A stretch of 32,000 nucleotides of DNA from Planctomycetales bacterium. Its GTDB lineage: Bacteria > 4484-113 > JAFGCY01. The DNA lies in contig CP060262.1 of NCBI GenBank assembly GCA_022646745.1, positions 2,490,001 through 2,522,000 of the forward strand, written 5' to 3'. Of the stretch, positions 19,601-25,727 are shown in pieces. The notes under the pieces were generated by a model. It saw only the letters and a program-made list of their open reading frames with translations. It did no database searches and was not told the origin of the DNA. The translations under genes were made by a program, and so were the position numbers. The stretch's first letter is position 1. Each line of letters opens with the position of its first letter.

Positions 19601-21414
19601 GTGTCCACCAGGCCGCGGTACTGCCACTCGCTCTCGCGCAGGCGGTCGGAGGATATGCGGCGCTGGATTGCCAGCGCAATGTATCCGGAGAGGTAGCTCA
19701 CCAGCTCCACGTCCTGCTGGCTGTACACGGCATAGGTGCGGTAGTCCTGCAGCACGATCACACCGTTGACATTCTCGCCGTCTGACAACGGAACACCGAG
19801 CCAGGACATGCTGAGCGGCCCATGGGGCCTGATCAGGCCCTGCGTGCGCATCTTTTGCTGCTCATCGCGGTTGACAACCATTGGCCGGCCCTCGCGGCGC
19901 ACGATGTCCGTCAGGCTGCCATCCATCGGCTGCGGCTGGAAGTCCTCGTCCAGCTCATCAATGTGGAAGGGAAATTCGTACAGCTCGGTCTGCGGGTTGT
20001 ACAGCGAAACGTAGAAATTGCTGGCCGGTACGAGGCTGCCCAGCGCCCGGTGCACCGTTGCCAGCAGCTCCTCCAGGCTGGCTGTACGGCTTGTGGCCTC
20101 GGAAATCTCCAGCAGCAGGGCCTGGATGCGCTCCGCTCGTTCCCGCTCTGTCACATCCTGCGCCATGCCCACCAGCCGGCGGGGAACGCTTGCCGGGCCG
20201 GGCATCATCCGGCCACGCACGCGCAGGATGCGCTGGCGACCGGTACTCGTAAGTATCCGGATGTCGCAGGAGAGTTCCTTGCGGTCCTGCAGTGCGCTGC
20301 GGTACTGGCGCAGCAGCTGGCTGCGGTCCCGTGGCATCACATGACGCAACAGGCTGGAAATCGCCACCGGTTCACTGGGGGACAGGCCGAAGATGCGGCT
20401 GAGCTCATCAGTGAGGATGATCTGGTCCTGTCCGGCCTCGTATTCCCAGCTGCCCATGCCGGCCAGTTCCTCGCCGATCGCAAGCCGGGTCTCGCTTCGT
20501 TCGATGCTTGAGGCGGTGCGGCGCGCTTCGGTGATGTCGGTTGTCAGCAGTGCCAGGCCGATGATGTGCCCGCTGGCATCGCGGATCTCCAGCTGCCGGG
20601 CGCTCACCGAGACCAGCTCACCGGAGGCGGAGACAAACTCCAGCTCCTGTTCGGCGGAAGCCGGCAGGGCAGGCAGGCCGCCGCTTCGCCATGAGCGGGA
20701 ATCCTGCAGGATTCCGCCTGGCTGCAGGCTGCTGATGCTGCGCCCTTCGATGCCCATCAGGCTCAGGCCGAGCATCCCGCAGAATGCGGGATTGGCAGTG
20801 ATGATCGTCTGGCGGTCGCGGGTGTCCAACAGCACCATCCCCTCGCGGCTGTTGTCAAAGAAGCACTGCAATGTCGGTGAGAGTGCCGGGTCGCTGGAGG
20901 GCGGGGCAGTGTAGCCCGCTGGTTGGCTGAATGACAGCCTGACGGAACTGAGGGGCTGGTCATTGCCGGACTGGCTCTGCAGGCTGGCATGCAGCACCCG
21001 CGATCCACGCTGGCCGCGGTCCAGTTCACATTCGAACTGCATGCTGCTACCCGGCTGGCGCAGGAATTCCAGCAGGCGGGTCTCGATGTCCACACTGCAG
21101 CGCCCCAGCAGGCTGAGTACAGCCTGGTGCACACTCAGGCCGCTTTCTCCCGGGTCCGCCAGTGCCATGAACTCCGGGCTGGGGTCCACCCAGTGGATCA
21201 GTGCGTGGATGTCTTCCGGCAGGTTGATGAATGGTCCACTGAGGTCTGTGTTTCCGCTTTGTCCGGGGTTGAGGCTGGCCAGCTTTGCAGCCAGACGGCG
21301 CAGGTCGGCGCTGACACTTGCCCGGCCGGGCTGCTGCCGGGATTCTGCATGGAGCTGGACGGCTTCGCTTGCCCCATGCTTTTCCCTGTTTTCCGCTGGA
21401 AGCTTACCTTCCAT
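16624..21414 (-). CDS. Hybrid sensor histidine kinase with about 7 PAS modules, a GAF-like segment, HisKA, HATPase_c and a C-terminal receiver
   Basis: H-box GGIAHDFNNILFAIVGNAEIA, G2 box GTGMGLSVVHGIV and receiver RVLLVDDEAMI...DLVLTDQTMPQMTG. PAS cores recur as NPA[FL]xxI[LMT]G. A GAF-like block runs LEELLATVHRALGSLVP...NGVIVLQDY. Confidence 0.95.
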   Translation of the reverse strand: MEGKLPAENREKHGASEAVQLHAESRQQPGRASVSADLRRLAAKLASLNPGQSGNTDLSGPFINLPEDIHALIHWVDPSPEFMALADPGESGLSVHQAVLSLLGRCSVDIETRLLEFLRQPGSSMQFECELDRGQRGSRVLHASLQSQSGNDQPLSSVRLSFSQPAGYTAPPSSDPALSPTLQCFFDNSREGMVLLDTRDRQTIITANPAFCGMLGLSLMGIEGRSISSLQPGGILQDSRSWRSGGLPALPASAEQELEFVSASGELVSVSARQLEIRDASGHIIGLALLTTDITEARRTASSIERSETRLAIGEELAGMGSWEYEAGQDQIILTDELSRIFGLSPSEPVAISSLLRHVMPRDRSQLLRQYRSALQDRKELSCDIRILTSTGRQRILRVRGRMMPGPASVPRRLVGMAQDVTERERAERIQALLLEISEATSRTASLEELLATVHRALGSLVPASNFYVSLYNPQTELYEFPFHIDELDEDFQPQPMDGSLTDIVRREGRPMVVNRDEQQKMRTQGLIRPHGPLSMSWLGVPLSDGENVNGVIVLQDYRTYAVYSQQDVELVSYLSGYIALAIQRRISSDRLRESEWQYRGLVDTMFEGLSMADPDGNFVYANPALGRIMGLHPEHLVGRNIREFLSGEMIKVADRQHDLRRGGSSNRYELRIQRADGQVRDLYLSVSPRYNSTGDFIGSHALVQDVTEMRQAEEAIRDNERRYRTLVEQMSEGLATVDASGVFEFANPALERILGLAEGSASGRSMYEFMDEQERQRINGQQELRRQGQSNSYTMRIRPLSGPVRIALVTASPRFSQDGEYIGSLALVRDVTEQMRTEEVLRESEEKYRTLVNDISEGIFVVDGENRFRFANPALERIMGVERGGLDGRAITEFLDDDQVSVVNRQDRLRQAGMGSSYRLRITRSDDEQRICLISSNPNTASDGSFLGSSGIVQDITEQERTLELLRANEEKFRHFYHNAPVMMYSIDSEGFIIDVNQKWLDETGYSREEVIGHRGDFLMTPESVQSMREVVDPQFQRVGRIHDIPFTYICSDGTLIDVLLDCEMSIDPSGHGVSLAIVRNVTEQNAAENQLRQVVIAVESAHEAIMTTDSRGVITYVNPAFEAITGYSRQEAIGSTPRLLSSGEMEEQFHREMWQQISRGEVWHGTFINRRKDGSIYQEEATISPVRDSRGELAGYVAVKRDVTRQLAMEEQLKQSQKMEAIGTLAGGIAHDFNNILFAIVGNAEIAMDCLPQHSSAGNYLQAIIDASSRAAELVRQVLSYARKKESSQNPLRVDLLVREVLKLLRASLPATVEIVQRLEAANSTVLANATEVHQLLMNLCTNAGHAMMEQGGTLTVSLTEFLPDDDFLMQHSGTQLRPYLRLDVEDTGDGIAEEHISRIFEPFFTTKEVGMGTGMGLSVVHGIVHSLQGVIEVRSRPAHWTRFSVYLPLCETESQSGESLEKAQRSGRGRVLLVDDEAMIIEIVSEMLTVLGYEVTSCQGGPQAWRCFSADPDAFDLVLTDQTMPQMTGEELSRRILELRPGIPVVMCTGYSQTLAPERARDIGITEYLHKPLKLKELGDVLQQVLEQAGSGD

Positions 21415-21632
21415 TCAATCCTTTCCCGACGCCGGTTCGGCAACCTCCGGCAGGAGATCCGCCTTGTGGCGTGCCCCGGTATGCAATTAGATCAGAATGC
21501 GGCCCATGCCGGGCCTGCGCTGCGTTGTACTCTGCAGCCGCATCTATTTACAATAACCTATAGGGGCTGTTTGCATGGCTGTGCCAGGACCTGCTCCCAG
21601 TTTTCATAGATTAAATTCTGGTTTCACCACTA

Positions 21633-22718
21633 TCAGCCTGCTACGGCATCCGGCCACATCCCTGCCAGCTTAAGCTCCATATATCGACAGGATTGTGCCA
21701 TGCCTTGGAGTCTGGCATGTCGTTCGTGGCAGCCCTGTAGTGCTTTCAGGCTGGCCAGCAGCCTGCAGCGGTCGGGGACGCTGTCCCTTTCCCGCTCACT
21801 TTCCAGCAGTTCCGGCAGCCAGGCCAGCATTGTCGCCAGCCAGGCGAGGTTCCCGGCACTGAACAGCTCAGCAGCGCTGCTTTCCTGCAACCCAAATCCC
21901 TCAATCCACTTTCCTTCGAGCATCCTGATCGCTGCGGAATCCAGCCGTGTGCAGTGGTAGCAGCGCAGGGAGCGCATTCCTGGCCAGGCCGCGTCTATTG
22001 CCGGATGCCGCAGCCCGGCGACCTCGAAGTCATAGATCACGAGCCGGCCATCAATCAGGGCAACATTACTCGGGCAGATATCCGCATGCGTCAGGCAATG
22101 AGCTGAGGAATCCGCCAGCAGGGTCCGGCAGTGTGCCAGTTCATCCAACGCCGGTGAATCCAGCTCAATGGACAGGCTGGCGAAGTGTCCGGGCAGTTCA
22201 TCTAGCAGGCGGGGCAGGTGTATCGCCGCATGGCCGGTCCGGTCTTCCGGCAGGCTGGATTCCCGTAGGGCGCTGATGCCATCATTGTCAATTCCGTGCA
22301 GCCGGTTGAACCGGCCGAGGGCTTCCATCAGGCGCGCCAGCAGCTCCAGGTAGCTCCCGTGATCCATGTTGTCTCGCAGGTCCGCCAGCCTGTTCCCATC
22401 TATCTCGCCAAGGTCGCCCAGCAGCAGCAGGCCGGCCTCCTCGTCCGCTGCCAGCAACCTGGGCATGGAGATGTCTGGCAGGGCCTCATGCCTGATGCAG
22501 CGCAGCACCTGTGCCTCATTGCAGCCATGCCCGCCACCGAGGTTTGACTGCTTGAGGATCAGCGTTTCCGGGCCAGCTCCCCCACTGAGAGAGCAGCGCC
22601 AGACCGTGGAGCGGCCCCAGTCGGCTGCGACCAGTTCCTGCAGGGGTTCGAGCCGGCAGGCGGAGCCGAACTGCGCGTGGCACAGCTGGCTGGCAAGCTG
22701 CAGTACATCCTGGTCCAT
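21633..22718 (-). CDS. Phosphotransferase (APH/choline-kinase-like) family protein
   Basis: Brenner-type motif THADICPSNVALIDGRLVIYDFEVAG (HxDxxxxN ... DFE). I prefer the Met at 22718 (MDQDVLQL), which leaves a 70-bp divergent spacer to ogt. Confidence 0.65.
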   Translation of the reverse strand: MDQDVLQLASQLCHAQFGSACRLEPLQELVAADWGRSTVWRCSLSGGAGPETLILKQSNLGGGHGCNEAQVLRCIRHEALPDISMPRLLAADEEAGLLLLGDLGEIDGNRLADLRDNMDHGSYLELLARLMEALGRFNRLHGIDNDGISALRESSLPEDRTGHAAIHLPRLLDELPGHFASLSIELDSPALDELAHCRTLLADSSAHCLTHADICPSNVALIDGRLVIYDFEVAGLRHPAIDAAWPGMRSLRCYHCTRLDSAAIRMLEGKWIEGFGLQESSAAELFSAGNLAWLATMLAWLPELLESERERDSVPDRCRLLASLKALQGCHERHARLQGMAQSCRYMELKLAGMWPDAVAG

Positions 22719-22788
22719 TGCAGTGATTGTAGGGAGCAGCCGCAGGGTGGGCAAGTGCCGGCCGGCAGTCAGGGAATATAATCCGGCA

Positions 22789-23322
22789 ATGGCGGACGCC
22801 GGCACAGCCTTGTACTGGGACAGCTTCGAGACACCCTTCGGTGAGATGTATGGCGTTGCCAGCGAAAGCGGCTTGCGAGTGCTGATGCGGACAGATGCCC
22901 GCTATGCCGCGCGTTGCCATGATGCGCTGCACGACGCCGGGCAGCCGCTGTTTGGCCTACTGCGTCGCGAACTGGTGGACTATGCCGCCGGCAGGCTGCA
23001 GCGCTTCAGCATCCCGCTTGACCTGCAGGGGACTGAATTCCAGAAGCAGGTATGGGGGGCAGTGGCCGCGATCCCCTTCGGTGAGACGCGCAGCTACAGC
23101 GGCATCGCGCGAGAGCTTGGCAACGATGGTGCGGTACGGGCAGTCGGGCATGCCAACGGGCGTAACCCCGTGCATATCATCATTCCCTGCCACCGGGTGC
23201 TTGGGGGGGATGGATCACTGCGCGGCTACGCTGGCGGACTGGACATGAAACGGAGGCTGCTGGAGATAGAGGGACATCCCGCCGTGATGGCAGGTGGCAG
23301 GCAGGAAGCGCTGTTCGGCTGA
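22789..23322 (+). CDS. ogt: Methylated-DNA--protein-cysteine methyltransferase
   Basis: Active-site IIPCHRVLG, upstream FQKQVWGAVAAIPFGETRSYSGIA and NGRNP. The ATG is at 22789. The 141-codon upstream extension in the ORF track is Ser/Pro/Arg-rich antisense sequence of the neighbouring gene. Confidence 0.9.
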   Translation: MADAGTALYWDSFETPFGEMYGVASESGLRVLMRTDARYAARCHDALHDAGQPLFGLLRRELVDYAAGRLQRFSIPLDLQGTEFQKQVWGAVAAIPFGETRSYSGIARELGNDGAVRAVGHANGRNPVHIIIPCHRVLGGDGSLRGYAGGLDMKRRLLEIEGHPAVMAGGRQEALFG

Positions 23323-24675
23323 TCAGCTGCGCTGGCTGGCCTGGAAGCCGATGTTGTCAACGGCCTCGATCAGTTGCTGGACCTCCATCCCGGTTCCGCT
23401 GACGATCGCGGTGCCACTGCCGAGGTCCACCTTCACATTGCTGACCCCGGGCTGCTGCTCAAGTGCCTTCTGGGCCGAGCTGGTGCAGTGGCTGCAGGTC
23501 ATCCCGCGGATCTCAAGCACTGTGGACTGCGGCGCTCCGCTCTCGGGTTTGAGATCCTCCGCCGCAAGGCCTTTGGCCGGCAGCACAGCCACAACGAGCA
23601 TGGCCGCCAGTGCCGCGGCACTCAGGTGGTGGAACCAGTTCAGGCTTTCGGCGTGCATGTGGACATAGTTGCCCAGCTCGATCGGGGGCAGGAAGCTGTC
23701 GAGGATGAAGCCACTCAGTAATGCCAGGCCGGCCACGGTGAGAAGGTAGATGATCGAGGTACGCCGTCCGAGGATCTTCCACAGGGTCACGATGGAAGCA
23801 AGGTTAGTGGCCGGGCCACTCACGAGGAATACGAGTGCGGCTCCTGGGGAAATTATGTCCTTGGCCAGCAGTGGCACCACCATCGGCACGCTGCCCGTCG
23901 CACAGACGTAGAGCGGGATGCCCAGCAGCATCAGTGCCAGGTAACCGATGATCCCGCCGCCAATGCTTTCAGGCAGGGCGTGGTCCGGGATGAACACATT
24001 GAAGACCGCCGCCAGCAGCAGGCCGAACATCAGGTTCTTCGCCAGGTCGCGCGGCAGGGTGATGAAGCCGTAATGCAGGGCCTGCAGGAAGCGGTTGGCC
24101 CCCTTGGGGCCAGGGACATCGCAATGGTCGCAGGCATCGCCATGGCTATGGTTATGACCGTGGGAATGACCGTTATGGTTATGCAGCTGGCCATTGGAGG
24201 ATGCCTTGCCCGTAGGCTGGCTACCCTCGGCCTTCTGCGAAGGTGTGTCCTCGCCGAACAGGTCCGTCAGCACTCCGCCCACGATGCCGGAAATGAAGGC
24301 CGCCACGGTCCGGTAAATGGCGAATACGGGCCCGAGCATGCCCCAGGTGATGGCGATGCTGTCCACGCCAGTCTGGGGGGTGCTGAGCAGGAATGACACG
24401 GTGCTGCCGCGGCTGGCACCATTGCGCCTGAGTCCGGCAGCCACGGGAATCACGCCGCAGGAGCAGATCGGGATCGGTACACCCACCAGGCTGGCCTTGG
24501 TCACCGGCCAGAGCCCTCGTCCGCCCAGGTGCTTCTCGATCCAGCTTTCCGGGATCAGCACGTGCAGCACGCCCGCAATCAGGAAACCGAGCAGCAGGTA
24601 GGGTGCCATCAGCGCGGTTGTGGTCCAGATTGAGTCGAGCAGTTGCTGGCTGTAGGACAGGGCGACTTCCATCAC
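23323..24675 (-). CDS. SO_0444-like metal permease with His-rich loop and C-terminal heavy-metal-associated (HMA) domain
   Basis: Permease motif VPIPICSCGVIPVAAGLRRNGAS. Cytoplasmic loop HNHNGHSHGHNHSHGDACDHCD. C-terminal LEIRGMTCSHCTSSAQKALE contains the GMTCxxC HMA motif. Confidence 0.8.
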   Translation of the reverse strand: MMEVALSYSQQLLDSIWTTTALMAPYLLLGFLIAGVLHVLIPESWIEKHLGGRGLWPVTKASLVGVPIPICSCGVIPVAAGLRRNGASRGSTVSFLLSTPQTGVDSIAITWGMLGPVFAIYRTVAAFISGIVGGVLTDLFGEDTPSQKAEGSQPTGKASSNGQLHNHNGHSHGHNHSHGDACDHCDVPGPKGANRFLQALHYGFITLPRDLAKNLMFGLLLAAVFNVFIPDHALPESIGGGIIGYLALMLLGIPLYVCATGSVPMVVPLLAKDIISPGAALVFLVSGPATNLASIVTLWKILGRRTSIIYLLTVAGLALLSGFILDSFLPPIELGNYVHMHAESLNWFHHLSAAALAAMLVVAVLPAKGLAAEDLKPESGAPQSTVLEIRGMTCSHCTSSAQKALEQQPGVSNVKVDLGSGTAIVSGTGMEVQQLIEAVDNIGFQASQRS

Positions 24676-24726
24676 TCTAAGAATATATCGAACCCGGTCA
24701 TGGATTTACCTTTTCCGGGGGAACTT

Positions 24727-24744
24727 TTACACGATTTCGTGTAA
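24727..24744. promoter_or_regulatory. Perfect 8-2-8 palindrome, candidate operator
   Basis: TTACACGA-TT-TCGTGTAA, 52 bp upstream of the permease start (24675), in the 404-bp lower-GC spacer shared with the divergent TetR gene. Confidence 0.5.
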
Positions 24745-24847
24745 TAAGAGATTCTCAATTATCAACATCGTTGAAATCGGATTGAAGGGGAGTTGATGGC
24801 TGTTGATTGCCGGGGATGCGTTGGGGATTTCCCTAGAAAATGAAAAG

Positions 24848-24887
24848 CTCGAGAGAGGGAGGTGCTTCCTCACCCCCCTCTCTCGAG
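24848..24887. promoter_or_regulatory. 12-bp perfect inverted repeat (stem-loop or operator) in the divergent spacer
   Basis: CTCGAGAGAGGG (24848-24859) pairs with CCCTCTCTCGAG (24876-24887) across a 16-nt spacer. On the minus strand a T-rich tract (AGCTTTTCATTTTC) follows, but no minus-strand gene ends here. Confidence 0.4.
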
Positions 24888-25085
24888 TTTCCCATAATAC
24901 CAGAAAGGATGGAGGTTAACGCTGTAGACACCCAGTAAGACCGGGCACCCGAAGTAATTGTTCCAGAAAATTCTGAAAATGTAAGCCCTTTTAGTCAAAC
25001 TAACCCGAAGATTAGACAAGACAACCCACGCTGAGCATTGATCAATACTAGATCGAGCTAATTAATATGACCAGTCGTCTTGCAT

Positions 25086-25093
25086 GGTATAAT
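25086..25093 (+). promoter_or_regulatory. Extended -10 promoter element (TGGTATAAT) for the TetR gene
   Basis: TGGTATAAT matches TGnTATAAT exactly. It lies inside the TTG-started ORF of the track, which argues for the downstream in-frame GTG at 25104 as the real start, with a very short leader or none. Confidence 0.5.
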
Positions 25094-25103
25094 CAGGCTG
25101 TTA

Positions 25104-25727
25104 GTGCCCAGAAATGCGAACAATCGGGAGCTGATCCTGGATGCGGCATGGTCCCAGCTGTGGCAGCACGGCTACCATGCGATGAGCATCAGCGATGTGG
25201 CTAAGGCCGCCAAGCTCCCGAAGGGATCGATCTACAACTACTTCCAGAGCAAGGAAGAGCTGGCCGAGGAAGCGCTTTTGCGCCTGCGCCACCAGTATGA
25301 GAACACGATGCGCGTGCGGGTGCTCTCCGGCACGATATCCCCGGCTGAGATCATCCGGCGCTTCCTCGACTACTACGAACAGCAGTATGCCGAGGTCGGC
25401 TACGGGCGCGGCGACCCGCTGATGAGCCGGCTCAATGAACTGGCGGATACCAACCCCGACCTGGCCAGCCGGCTGGCGGAGCTGGCGGACGTCTGGCGCT
25501 CCGTCGTGGCACAGAAGATCTGGGGTTATGCCACGGCACACCATGTGCAGGGCCTGGTGGACCATGCCGAGTCAATTGCGGGCATGATCCATGCATCGCT
25601 GCAGGGGGTGCTGCTTAACATGAAGGTGCGGCACAGCGCGGAACCGATCCAGGAGGCGCGGCGGATCCTGCCGGCGATGATGGACAGCTACGTCACCAGC
25701 CTGGCGGCCGGTGAGATCGTGGACTGA
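25104..25727 (+). CDS. TetR/AcrR family transcriptional regulator
   Basis: N-terminal helix-turn-helix: RELILDAAWSQLWQHGYHAMSISDVAKAAKLPKGSIYNYFQSKEELAEEAL. The start is either GTG 25104 (preferred, see promoter) or TTG 25080. Confidence 0.85.
   Translation: MPRNANNRELILDAAWSQLWQHGYHAMSISDVAKAAKLPKGSIYNYFQSKEELAEEALLRLRHQYENTMRVRVLSGTISPAEIIRRFLDYYEQQYAEVGYGRGDPLMSRLNELADTNPDLASRLAELADVWRSVVAQKIWGYATAHHVQGLVDHAESIAGMIHASLQGVLLNMKVRHSAEPIQEARRILPAMMDSYVTSLAAGEIVD

Noticed and set aside
22366-22788. The 141-codon N-terminal extension of the ogt ORF given in the track.
   Set aside because: The extension is Ser/Pro/Arg-rich and lies antisense to the APH-like gene. The canonical Ogt N-terminus starts at ATG 22789.
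24841-24939. A 32-codon ORF (MKSSREGGASSPPSLEFPIIPERMEVNAVDTQ) spanning the 12-bp inverted repeat.
   Set aside because: It is too short, has no Shine-Dalgarno, and its sequence is dictated by the palindrome. There is no support for translation.
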